Shown: positions 1-14,376, counted from the stretch's first letter. The stretch: DNA of 64,000 nucleotides from the human T2T-CHM13v2.0 reference genome, Homo sapiens (GCF_009914755.1 NC_060936.1), one strand, 5' to 3'. Made by a program: numbers and translations. Notes: a model not told the origin generated them from the letters alone.

Positions 1-329
1 TCTGTATCTTCAGGGCTCTTAGCTGCAAGCAACGGAGAGCATGATTTAGGCAAAAAAGGAATTTATTGAAAGTGTTGTGGGTAACACAGAGAAACGCTAA
101 AAAGGCTGGGAAATGGCTTGAAAATCAGCAGGAAGGAAGGGAGGTCAGCAATAGCCAAGATCACAGCACACGGTTGGTCCACTGAGGCCACCACGGCCAC
201 AGCCATTGGATTTGCTGTGGCCATCCCAAAAGTGGGTTCTCTACCAGCTCTGCTTCTTTGCACCACCAGCTCCTGTCCCAGCCCATGGTGTAGGTGCCTC
301 TGAGTGCTCTGACTTAGGTTTGTGTAGTC

Positions 330-452
330 TTCACAACATCCTGAAAATATGTATCATGATTCCCATTTTACAGATGAGGAACCTGAGGCTTAAATATGCC
401 AGGTGACTGGCCACAGGCAAATTCAGGCCTGTCTGACTCCAAAGCCCACTCT
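330..452 (-). mobile_element. MIR SINE fragment
   Basis: cccattttacagatgaggaacctgaggc is the reverse complement of the MIR core. Confidence 0.75.
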
Positions 453-691
453 CCCCGTAATCACAGTGTGGTAACTCCATCCCATGGCTGGGATAAAAGA
501 ATTCCAAAGTATACTTCAAAGAGGTTGTTCCAGTTGCTTCTACCAGCAACACCTGGGTGGCTCCTTTGCATTCCACCCTTTCCAGCCTCAAGGGAATTGT
601 ATTGTCTAACACACATCTTTGCTAATTTGATAAACTAAAATGGTGTCTTATTGTTTTGGTTTGCCTCTTTTTAATTATTGAGGTTGGATGC

Positions 692-1035
692 TGTATTAGT
701 CTGTTTTCATACTGCTGATAAAGACATACCCAAGACTGGGAAGAAAAAGAGGCTTTATTGGACTTACAATTGCACATGGCTGGGGAGGCCTCAGAATCAT
801 GACAGGAGGTGCAAGGCACTCCTTACATGGCAGCAGCAAGAGAAAAATGAGGAAGAAGCAAAAGCGGAAACCCCTGATGAGATGTCATCAGATCTCGTGG
901 GACTTATTCACTACCGCAAAAATAATATGGGGGAAACCGCCTCCATGATTCAAATTATCTCCCACAACATGTGGGAATTATGGGAGTACAATTCAGGATG
1001 AGATTTGGGTGGGGACACAGAACCAAGCCAGATTA
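692..1035 (-). mobile_element. THE1-family (ERVL-MaLR) solo LTR
   Basis: tgtattagtctgttttcatactgctgataaagacatacc...gatttgggtggggacacag; 5-bp TSD GATGC at 687-691 and 1036-1040. Confidence 0.92.
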
Positions 1036-1068
1036 GATGCTTCCTTATATTTTACTATCTGGTATATT

Positions 1069-1070
<2 letters not shown>

Positions 1071-1110
<40 letters not shown>
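1071..1110. repeat. (GT)20 microsatellite
   Basis: Perfect GT dinucleotide run. Confidence 0.98.
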
Positions 1111-1114
<4 letters not shown>

Positions 1115-1204
1115 AATCTTGTCAATTGTTTTTGTTCATGTGTCTATTGGGATCTTTGTGGGGTTAACTAGTTGTCTGTATGAGATCTTTATATATCACA
1201 AAGA

Positions 1205-1464
1205 AGTTTTTCTTCCTTTTATTTTAGATTCATGGAGTACCTGTGCAGGTTTGTTACATGAGTATATTACGTGATGCTGAGGTTTGGGCCTCTAATGATC
1301 CTGTCGCCCAAGTAGTGAATATAGTAGCCAATAGGTAGTTTTTCGACCCTTCTGTCCCCCATCCCCTTCCCCACCTTGTGGAACCCCCAGTGTCTACTGT
1401 TCCCATCTTTGTGTCCTTGTGTACCCAATGTTTAGCTCCCACTTCTAATGGGAGATGTGTGAGC
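1205..1464 (-). mobile_element. 5'-truncated L1PA/L1PB 3' end
   Basis: tgtgcaggtttgttacatgagtatattacgtgatgctgaggtttgg is the antisense L1P 3'UTR; TSD ATATCACAAAGA at 1193-1204 and 1465-1476. Confidence 0.85.
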
Positions 1465-1483
1465 ATATCACAAAGACGTTTAA

Positions 1484-1792
<309 letters not shown>

Positions 1793-2375
1793 TATCTTTC
1801 ATTTTTCAATGAATATTTTCACCACATTTTTTATGTGCTGTTTAACTTTGCTCCTTTTCCTTTGACATACGAAAGTTTTACATTTATGAACAAATATTTA
1901 ACAAATATTTCTCAGGCTGCCCGCATAATGCAAGGGATTGTTTTAGGCCAAAAACTCTCTGAATACTTAGATAATTCCTGTTCTTGGATTCCCTGCTACC
2001 TCCCAGTCCTTTGGGTGAGCAGGTTTATAGAGAGCCCTTTCATCTTTAGAGAGAGGTCCAGAAACAACTCTGAGAGACATGCTTTTTCACTGCACTTTAG
2101 GGCAAAAAAAAAAAAAAAAAAAGACAAAGGTGAGAATTGTTTGCACCAATTATTTACAGAGACTCATTTTATCCTTATTTCTAAACAACTATTTTTAGGG
2201 AAAGAGAAGGGGAGGACAGGGGGCTTTAAAAGTCATGAGATTTGCCCTGCGGAAAGTCCCTGGAAGTGAGCAAGTCTGTGAGTGAGAAGGGAGGACCTAT
2301 CTGCCTGGGGGAAAAGCTCTCCTTTAATTGCCTGTTTCCTATCCTGCAGCCCCAGGCTTCTCCCAAGCTCCTTTA

Positions 2376-2744
<369 letters not shown>

Positions 2745-2754
2745 GAACGTATGC

Positions 2755-2990
2755 TGGATACTCTCAGACTCTCAGAAGCATGGGCCTTGCTGCCTTATAA
2801 GCTTGGTTCAAATCCCACCCCACCTCTGCCAATTAACAGATGTGTAAGTAAGAGTGAGTCCCTTAAGCTTTGTGAGGCTCAGTTTTGCCATCTGTGTGAG
2901 GGGATACTCATGCTGCCCTTGTGTGATGGATGAGGATCAGTGGTCGTGTATGTAAAGTGCATAGCAGAGTCTGCCCACAGTGGGTATGCA
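2755..2990 (+). mobile_element. MIR fragment
   Basis: ggttcaaatccc...ctcagttttgccatctgt...gtatgtaaagtgcatagcagagtctg. Confidence 0.65.
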
Positions 2991-3479
2991 ATCAGAGGCC
3001 ATTCTAACATACCAGGAAATTAATCGGCAAGTTCGTGTGGGTCATCAGTGTGTGGTCAGCATTGCACCAAGTTCTGTGACAGCAGGTTCTAACAGTCAAC
3101 CTGCGTGAGCTTGTATGGTGTGGCCAAGGAGATAGGGCACAGCTCACAAAATGACTCTGCAACTGTATATGAAGTGCCAAATTATAGAGGAGTGGTTTAA
3201 TTCTTATAAGCATAAAGATAACTCTATGGTTTGAAATAATTAGAGAAAGCGTCACGGAAGAAGTAGGAGCTTAAGTTGGGTGTTGATGATTTAAGAAACA
3301 TATTCTTTGATTAGACAGAATTTTTTCCATCTGAAAATGAAAATAGCTACATATTTTTCCTTTTAAACAATAATATGTACTCTTTTAAAAATACTTAGAT
3401 AATACAGTAAATCAATTAAAAAGTCTCACTGCCCAAGAATACCTACTATCAATACTTTGTTGTATGGAGAACATATATA

Positions 3480-3860
3480 TTTGTATATGAATACAATTAT
3501 GTTTGCTTATTTATGCAAAAAACAGGAGAATATGTAAATATAGTATTGTAGAATATTCCATTATACAGAGGCTTTCTAATTTGTTTAAATCCTTATTACT
3601 AAAAATTTAGGTTATTTTAGCACGGCTAAGTACATGAATGCCTCAGTTTCATCAATCAATAACTTAGTGATTTTGGTCTTGGATCACTTTCCAGAAATGT
3701 CATAAAAGTTGTATCAATTTATACCACCTTCCACCATCAGTTTATAAGAGTTCCCTTTTTCCTACACCCTTCCCAGTACTGACAATTGTCAGTGTTTTAC
3801 AGTCATTGCCAAGCTGCCAGGTAAAAATTATATTACTCATTTAATATGTATTTTTAGACA
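3480..3860 (-). mobile_element. Old L1M fragment
   Basis: aaagttgtatcaatttataccaccttccaccatcagtttataagagttccc... resembles antisense L1M 3' sequence. Confidence 0.55.
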
Positions 3861-4339
3861 ACTCTGTGTTAATCAGTGGTGATAAAGACATGGTCCTAGC
3901 CATCCCCTCTGAAAGCTCAGAGACCAGCAGGAAAAAGAGACATTAAACCAGTAATTACTGTAAACTGTGATGAGGGGTGTTGTAATTTGCATTTCTTGGA
4001 TTATCCAGTCAGATCCTTAATGAATAAAGTAAAACGGGCCCACTGAGGTTTCACAGTGATGTGGCCTCTTGTTTCTTGGTGGACAGATGTTCTTTTTTGC
4101 CCGTTGTTAACTCATGGAATACAACAGCTAGTAGGTGAACAACACAGAACATCCTGAAGGATTTTCTAGGGGAACAACATGAACTAGATTATGCTTTTCT
4201 GGCCTCATTTCTACAACATCCTCAGAATCTTAGGTCTATTATCGATGCCTTGAGGACTATACCTTGCCTGTGAGGATTATGTCCCGATGTAGCATACTCT
4301 AATTGCACAACACGGGATAAAATAATAATACAATAAAAT

Positions 4340-5493
<1,154 letters not shown>

Positions 5494-6491
5494 CTTCCTT
5501 CTTTAGTATTATTTCTATTCTGAATTACATATGGGAGTGGTACACCATAAGCTCCCAGCACTCAGAGGTTCTCAGCATCTTAATCTGGCCCTGGCACCGA
5601 GCATGACAGGCCCTCTTGGCCACACGAATCACCTCCAAGGCATCTGCCTGGCTCTGTCCTTGAAGCTCCCTCAGGTCAGCAGTTCTGTGACTTTTGTGCC
5701 ATGCTTAGGGCACTGGAATCCCTGGTGGCACTGGGATCACTGTGCCAGGTTTTAGCCATCCCAGGTACTAGTACCTATGGAGCATCCACCTCCCAGGCAA
5801 AAGGGGGCAGGGCACTCACTTATTCCTTCACAAATCCACCCCCAACACCCCCTTCTCTCCCTGCCATTATCTCTTCCACAGTTTTAAATTTTTCTCCCAG
5901 GAAGCCTTCATCAAATCCCTCAGGCAAGGTGGCACAAAGCCTGCCTGAAATGGAGGGGGCGTGGAGAAGTGGAAATAGGAGGATAACACACACAAATGAA
6001 TATTTCAATAAATTATCATGCCATGAATGTCAAAGTGTGCTCAAGAAATGCTAATGTCCTTACTGAGGAGCAGCAAGAGGCAGGCAGGGGGCCTGGAAAG
6101 ACTCCATAGAAAGACCTGGATGATCTGGTGGATGGGGCCAGCAGAGGCACTGGCAGGGGCAAAGTGAAAAAAACACAGTGAAGGCACCTGGTGGGGTGAG
6201 GAGGGGTACTGGGGTGGGTGGAGGGCCAGGAGCTGAAGGTTTCCTAGTTATGCAGATAGAGTTTAGGAGTTGATCAGGGGCCACCAGTTGAGAAATATTT
6301 GAGAGGGATGAGTGGCTCACGGAACTGATTTCTGGGCTGTGCCTGGAGACGGGGAGGTGGCCAGGGCTATCCAGAGGGCAGCTGGAGTCGGCTTAGGGTA
6401 GGGCCCAAGGGTCCCACAGACCTGGTCCTCAGTAAGGGAGGGAGAGGAGTCTTTCGGGCCTAAACTAGGTGGAGGAGCAAAGGCGGCATCA

Positions 6492-6798
<307 letters not shown>

Positions 6799-6827
6799 AG
6801 AAAGTGAGACAGAATAATGAGGGATAG

Positions 6828-7130
6828 TCCTTTCCTCCTTCCTCTCCTCTCTCCTTTATTTTCTTCTCTTCCTTCTTCCCTCTCTCCTTCCTCCCTCTTC
6901 ATCTTGTCTTCCCTTCCTTCCTCCCTCTCTCCTTTCCTTCGTCCTTTCTTCTTTTCTCTCCCTTTCCCTCTCCCATCCTTCCTCCTTCTCTTTCCCAGGC
7001 AATTCTTTTCTTTTCTTCCCCAACCCTTTCTCCTCTCCTTCCCTCCCCCTTCGTCTCTTCCCTTCCCCTCTTTTTCTCCCTTTCTCTTTCCCTTCTTCAA
7101 TCCCTTTCTCTCTTGCTGTCTTTTTCTCCA
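6828..7130. repeat. CT-rich polypyrimidine low-complexity tract (~300 bp)
   Basis: Almost only C/T on the + strand. Confidence 0.92.
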
Positions 7131-7648
7131 CCTTGTTCAGAAAAGCCTGCAAAGCAGAGCCTGCTCTCAGAGTCATGTCACGAGTAACCCATTTGTGTTA
7201 CTTGCGGTTTACCTACCTGTAGAAAATTTGTACCCTAAGATCTCCACATACTGCGGGCAAATGGTTTATAATTCAACTTCACAAATATTTACTGTGCTCT
7301 GGTTAACTGAGTATCCTTTGTGCTAGAGGTGCCAGAGAGATGCAAATGGTAGCGCCAGTCCTTGGAGGAGCCAGTCTGGGGCCCCTGGCTGATGTTGGCA
7401 GAAGACACATCCCTCTCTCCCTTCAAGGATGCTGAAGAGCTCTCTGTCTACTAGTACCCTGGGCCCACTTTTCTCTCCAACAAGGTGCAGAAAAGGGCAT
7501 CGTTGCCAGGTTTGCAAGATCGTAACAAGACAGTGCATTGTAGGTATAATCTGCCGGAATGAGGAGGCGCTCAGCCTGTGCGGATTGGAAGGGCCACATA
7601 AACATCTGTCAGTCCATTGACAACAGCACCCAGAAGCCCGAATTGTGA

Positions 7649-8092
<444 letters not shown>

Positions 8093-10496
8093 TCATTTGC
8101 ATGTTGTTGAATTTGGAGAGTCAATCAATCAAGCCAGGTCCCACAATGAGCACAATGCCAATCTGCAGAATCTTTCAGGGCAAAAGGGAATTTAGAAAGA
8201 TGAGGGAGAAAGGATCTGAAGACTGATCCGTTCCTCTTTCAATGTTCAAAGTATAAAATTTTTCTCCTCAGTTTTATCAGTTAATACTGTCCTTTACTTG
8301 GCTAATATTTATTATATAGCATAAGATGTAACAAAATTTTCTTAGGCTAGGAATGGAAAGAAAGCAATGATTCTAACTGTAGTTGGGCAGTTTAGAGTGT
8401 GATGAAGGAGAAAACAGAATTTTTTCATCACCCCTCAATGTGCATAGAACAACAGAATCACAGACCATTACCACTGACCTTTGTCATAGATTTTAGAGGT
8501 GATCTAATCTAACTTCCTAGTCCAAGTAGGCATTACCTCTCTGCCTCTGACTTATTTGTACCTACTATGTACCAGTCATTGTGCTGGGCATTAGAAAGAG
8601 ACAGAGATGAAGACAACTTGGATCTCCAGGAAGGAGTTCAGCCTAGTGGGTACAGTGGCCCAAAAGAGGTTTGGACCTAGTGCTCACAGCGCAGAGGAGG
8701 AAAGTTGCAATTTCAGGTGAGAAAACAGCAAAGACTTCTTGGGAGAGGTGGTAGCTTATGTGTCACAGCCTTAATCCTCACTGTGTTTGGGCAGGTTCCT
8801 GATTGTGGGAATGCAAGAATGGATGTTGGGCATGATTCACCATCCTCCCCCACCATGTGGGCCAACTCCATGATCTCTGTGACTCACAGGGAATTAGACT
8901 TCTGATCTCTTCCTTGACCCTGTGACTTCCCAAACTGCCTTGTGCATGTCCAGGCTTTGGGGCAGGTAACTGAAGTCTTTGGCCTATGAGGTGAGAGGTC
9001 ACTTGGGTGACCTGGGAGTAAATCCCTTCCCCTCCCTGGCTCTGTAAAGCCAAGTGTTAAATGAGAGACTTATATTCCAGGCAAAGGCTTTGTGCAAATG
9101 CCCATCTAAGCCATGCCCTCTGCAAGGAATCCCCTTTCTTAGTGATGATGGTGGGGAGGTGGGGAGGGTGCAGTGCAACTCCCATTCCTGATCTCCTATC
9201 ACCAGAGCAGAAGAATCACTGGAGAACGACTCTGTCTGAAGCTTGTTCAGCCTGGCTTCCTTGAGCAAGCAACTTATTCACAGGTAAGTCCAAATTAATA
9301 CAGCGCACACCGGCTACATAAATATTGTGCTTTGATTGTCTTCTGTAATCAAAGGCAAGGCTGCTGAGTTTGTTACTTTCCCCACCATGCAACTGCTGGA
9401 GGAGAACTCTGGGGGAAGGGAACTGAGGTTGCCCAGGTGGTTTTTGTTGCATGTGTCTAACTGCAAGTTGTGTCTCTGTCTATCGAGGGGAGGATAAGGC
9501 CCATTACATTCAGATTCAATAAGAATTTATCAAATGCCTATTTTGTGAGAGGCATTGAAAGACACAGTATCTTATTTCATTTTTAATTGAATTAGTAATG
9601 ACTTGATAAGGCACAAAGGTTAGTCTAACTAACATTTTTTTTTTCCCTGACATACAAGTGATCCCTACACTATTGGCTGTGTCCACTTTATTGATTGTGA
9701 AACAGCCTAAATGCATGGAATTGGAAACTGGAAGTCATTCTACACAATACAAGAAAGCAGCACCATCTTTCCATGTACCTGCCAGTGCTATGGCTGGCTT
9801 GGCTTTTCCAGCAGTTTTCTGGACTTGGTTGAGGTGGCTTCCTAGGGGCATTTTCTCACCCCCTCCCAGCTAAGACTGCTGTTAATTTTGAATAATTTGG
9901 AGGATGCTCTACCCTTTGGGGTAGCAGAGTTTTGCAACCCACAGATCCCTTTTGCCTTGAGGAATGGTGGTGATGGTGGGTGTCAGAGATTCTGTCTGTA
10001 TAAGTCCCCGGGAAAGCTCAGCTGTCGCCTGACCCGAGGGTCGTGCAGTTTCCTTAACCCTGACTTTAAGTCAGCCCTCTTTAACCCCGACTCCCAAGCT
10101 GGGCTGTCCTTTGAAAGAAAAACGAAACCGCCCAGTTCTGAGCGTCGGAAAATGGGCACTCGCTCCCTGGGGGTTTGGGGCAACTTCCCCGCTACGTCGC
10201 CCAGGGATTTTAAATAATTGCCAGCCACCAGAAACCCCCTAACCCTTAATTCTTCCCTCCGAGACCCAGCCCGCTGCTTGCCACTTCCCTCTCCAAACGC
10301 TGGCGGGGGTGGGTGGCAGCACCGAGGCGATTTTCTTCGTCTTTTTTTCCTCCGGGTTTTGTCATGGAAACGCTGACACAACCTCCAGACGGCGGCCGAG
10401 CCCGGCCGGGGACTGAGGGCTTTTGGGACCCTGCGGGAGCGCGGCGCGCACACCGCACTCCCCGGGCAACAGCTGGACGCGACCATATCCCGGGTA

Positions 10497-10630
10497 GGGG
10501 CGGGGGGAGCGCGACGCTCCGCCCCGGCGCTAGGGTCCCTCCCTCCTCCCGGCTCTCCGCAGGCGCCCTCCCCTCGCCGGGGGCCGCGAGTTGCATTTGG
10601 TAAAACCCAGCCCCGGAATATATAGATCGT
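10497..10630 (+). promoter_or_regulatory. Core promoter candidate: GC boxes plus a TATA-like element
   Basis: GGGGCGGGG at ~10497-10505, CTCCGCCCC at ~10517-10525, AATATATAGA at 10617-10626 within otherwise GC-rich DNA. Confidence 0.5.
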
Positions 10631-11058
10631 TGGAGCGCAATGAAGTAGCCTTTGGAGAGAAGGGAGAGGGCCCGTCGGACAGCCACAGCGGCCAGCGCAG
10701 CGGCAGCGGCGGCGGCACCACCATCACCGCTCGCACCCCAGCCGCCCGGCCCGCGACCAGGCAGCGGCGGCCGCCGGCGGGATCGGAGGAGGCGGCGGAG
10801 CGGCGAGGAGGAGGAGCAGGAGCGCGCAGCCAGCGGGTCCACGCATCTCAGCACTTCCAGACCAACTCCGGCACCTTCCACACCCCTGCCCGGGCTGGGG
10901 GCTCCGAGAGCGGCCGCGAAGCGACTCCGATCCTCCCTCTGAGCCTTGCTCAGCTCTGCCCCGCGCCTCCCGGGCTCCGGTCCGCGCGGCGGGGTCCCTG
11001 CTCCTGCGCCCCGGGCGCGCTTCCCGGACACCCCGGTCCCCGCAGCCAGGACAAAGCC

Positions 11059-11176
11059 ATGAAGCCAGCGCTGCTGGAAGTGATGAGGATGAACAGAATC
11101 TGCCGGATGGTGCTGGCCACTTGCTTGGGATCCTTTATCCTGGTCATCTTCTATTTCCAAAGTATGTTGCACCCAG
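11059..11176 (+). CDS. CHST11: CHST11 coding exon 1 (partial CDS, 118 nt; N-terminal cytoplasmic tail and transmembrane anchor of chondroitin 4-O-sulfotransferase 1)
   Basis: gccATGaag start; translates to [39 protein letters not shown], which I recognise as the CHST11 N-terminus; hydrophobic [17 protein letters not shown] segment; ends at donor CAG|GTAGGG (phase 1); lies in a CpG island. Confidence 0.96.
11162..11167 (+). other. CHST11: Alternative upstream 5' splice donor of exon 1 (AAA|GTATGT), removes 15 nt / 5 aa in frame
   Basis: GTATGT at 11162, exactly 15 nt before the GTAGGG donor at 11177 and in the same phase; consistent with my recall of a CHST11 isoform that is 5 aa shorter. Confidence 0.8.
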
Positions 11177-14028
11177 GTAGGGGGCGCGTTAGCGTGGTTT
11201 TGTTGGATATTTTCTTCTCTCTCGCGCTCTAGCTCGCTCCGCCTGATTTCTGCCTCTTCCAACCCTACCTCTCCGCCTTCGGCCTCTTCGGGGCTCCTGG
11301 CTGCCCAGAGCTCCTGGCTGCCCAGATCTACCCGGGTCACCGCGTCGGGATGGGGAGGAGAAGGGAAGGTGTGCTTCGCCCTCTTCTTCCTACCGGCTCC
11401 GGGCTGGAGGATGGGACCAGGAGGGGCGGTAGTTTTTTTTTTTTTTTTTTTCTTCTTCTTTTTTTCTTTGTGTCCCTTGTCTGTCTGTCTGCGAGGTAGC
11501 AGGGAAACGGAGAGGTGTGGGAAGCAACCGGGGGTGAGGGGCTGGTTTGAGGAGAACGAAACTCCCTCCCTGCTGCTGCCGAGGTCGGAGGATGAAAGAG
11601 TTACCCGGAGCCGGCTGCTCTGCGCCCGGGCGAGCCGCCTCTTCCTGGTTGCCGGGCCGGGGGCGAAGGGTGTACGCCCCGGCGAGGTTGCGAGTCCCTG
11701 CAGCAGGCTGGGAGCCCGGGACTGGGCTCCCACGTGTCCCGGGCTCCGCGCAGAGCTGAGCAGGTGTGGAGAGTGGTCGGGTGCCCAGCGTTGCCCCTCC
11801 ACCACGCGCCGGCCGTTTGCCCCCGGGGTCCGGCTCCGCAGTGACCTTGCGGCTGGTGCCCCGGGGCCTGCTCCAGCCCCCAGCCCTGAGCTGGAAACTC
11901 CGAGCTCCTGGGTCACGCCTTGACCACTGCAGTTTTGGAGGAAACTTTGGCCAGGTCCTGGGCTGACCGTCCGTTTGCATCCCCCACTTCTGGGATCCGA
12001 GCAACGGGAATCCCCCGGGCGGCGTGGGAATGAACCCCATTCCTCCGGTCCCTTGTGGCTCAGGCAAAGTTCCACGTCCGAAATCTGGACTGGGGGAGGG
12101 ACGAGGCTCGTCGCTTCCTAGGGGTGCGAGGGAAAGTTTGGGTTCTGGAGAGGGAGGGGCGCCCTCGAGCGCGGCGGCCGGGGGTGAGCAGCTCGGCTGC
12201 GAAGCCCAACAGGTAGAACGTTCCGAGAAGCCTTCCGGGTAACGCGGGTCTCCCCGCCAAGCCGTGGCTCCCCTGCTCCCTTTTACCCTCCCTTAGCAGC
12301 CCCCTGCCGGGCCACGTTGGCTCAGAAATCCATTTTCTACGCCTCCGAGTTGCCTTTCTCAGCGTAGTCACAGCAATAATTTGCTTTTCTAATTGCAAGG
12401 AGGAGGGAGGTGGAAACGCATTTCCTTCCAGGGAAGTGGGGTTGGTGTTTTTCATTTTTGCCTCCCGCCTTCTCCTTTCACTGTGTATCTAACACTTTAA
12501 ACAGACGCAGTCCCGAATTCATCAAGCCTGCGTTTGGGTCGATGGCAGAGGAATAAAGCTGTTCTTTCCATCAAACAGGCAGGGCTGCAGGCTGCAGATT
12601 CCTTGACAGCGCAGGGACAGACGGCCCCTTTGCCCCACTCGGTCTGGAGCAGTTGTTAAGGCAGCCACACTGCCAAGGATATGGTCCGACTCTACCACAT
12701 GTAACCTCAGGACGTCCGAGCCAGCCCTGTTAAAGATGGCTTTTGTTTGCAGCTGGGTATTTTTAGTTTAATGTCAGCAAACTACAGCGGTGTTTGTCTC
12801 CTCACCCAAACCTGCGGTTGTGAAACTTATAAAGGAATTTAAAAATGGACCTGGCTTGCATTCCGGCAGGCAGGCCTTGGTTGCAGTGGGCAGGGCCAGA
12901 CAGCCAGGGGTATCTCAGAGTGCCAAGCTCCAGGGCCCACCGGAGACCGGGCCAGACTCACCCCAGAGCGCCAGGGGACTGGTGGTGTACAGATACACTC
13001 GGGTTCCAACAGTTTAAACAAGGGGCCGGTGATTTGGTCTAGACTCTAGAGCTGTGTTCAGGTTTCGCTGGGACCGTGAATGCCAGTAATGCTCTGTACG
13101 AATGCCCAGAACACGGATGAGTGTCAGCCTTCAGCAGGAATGCGCTTGAGCTTCTGTGTACCTGTTAATTGCCCAGGGAAATACAATTGTCATGGAATTC
13201 TTTGTGAGAATTGGGAAATAACTTTCTAGCCAAAGATACTAGAAAGAAACTTCCAACTTGTAATTGTCACTTTGTGAAAATTTCCAGCCCTTGTTAGTCT
13301 TAAGTTGACTTGAAAGTGACATCATATCTTTTCAGCCTAGCCTTTTGGAAGAGGCAGAGAACCTTTTCTAAGCTTGTGCTGAAAAAGATCCTCTGTCGAT
13401 GATCCTGCCCCATCCTTTATGTCCCCCTCTAGTCCTATTTTCTCCCATTGTTTATTATTTAGATCTCTATAAATATACTTTTCTGATATTTCCCTCCAGT
13501 CCATAGCAAATACTACTTTCAAAACATTGTGTTGAATGTAGAATTACAGATAGTTCAGTTGAAAGGCCTTCCTTATTTCAGATTACTTACAGTCCACAAA
13601 AGCTCTGTGTCAACAGTTTATCATTACACGGGGCATAAAAATATACTTTCAAATCTACATTAAACATTTTCTTTTTGAGGGGTTCATTTTATTAAGCTAC
13701 ACTGTTAATGACCACTGATGTGGAATCTCTTTCACTGGTTTGAATTTCTTTAAAAGTTAAAGATCCTTGCTTCTCTGAAGTATCTTGGGGGTAAGGAGAG
13801 CTGATCCTTCAGCCTGGCTCTGCAGTTTCTGTCTCTCCAGATCACCCTGGGAGAGGCAGAAGGGACCACAGCATGGCACAGATTGTGTAGCTAAAAATTT
13901 GGAGGCCTCTGGCAGGGGTTCCAGATACCTACATGTGAAATAGAAAAATAGTATTGCAAAAGCAATGGGTTCCAGGCTTCGTTGGTGGCTGGAGGGTATG
14001 AGAGGAGGGAGAGAAAGAAAAAAAGGAA

Positions 14029-14376
<348 letters not shown>

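Larger units (their letters stand above)
500..1200 (-). mobile_element. Old L1M fragment interrupted by a THE1 LTR and a (GT)n tract
   Basis: aaatggtgtcttattgttttggtttgcctc...gaggttg|gatgc|ttccttatatttt resembles antisense L1 3' sequence on both sides of the LTR. Confidence 0.55.
10130..12370. promoter_or_regulatory. CHST11: CpG island / CHST11 promoter and first exon
   Basis: Very high GC and CpG density (many CGCG and GCGGCCGC sites) against CpG-depleted flanks; no Alu between about 8.1 and 14.0 kb. Confidence 0.93.

Noticed and set aside
1835-2269. 144-aa ORF upstream of the gene
   Set aside because: Non-ATG start, runs through a poly-A tract (poly-Lys), no recognisable homology or exon context
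10492-10508. Promoter G-quadruplex GGGTAGGGGCGGGGGG
   Set aside because: Only three separable G-tracts within normal loop lengths; better explained as a GC box
10246-12075. 609-aa antisense ORF (and other 150-225 aa ORFs) over the CpG island
   Set aside because: Non-ATG start, G/A/P/R-rich composition and a poly-Lys run from a poly-T tract; typical stop depletion in GC-rich DNA, with no recognisable domain
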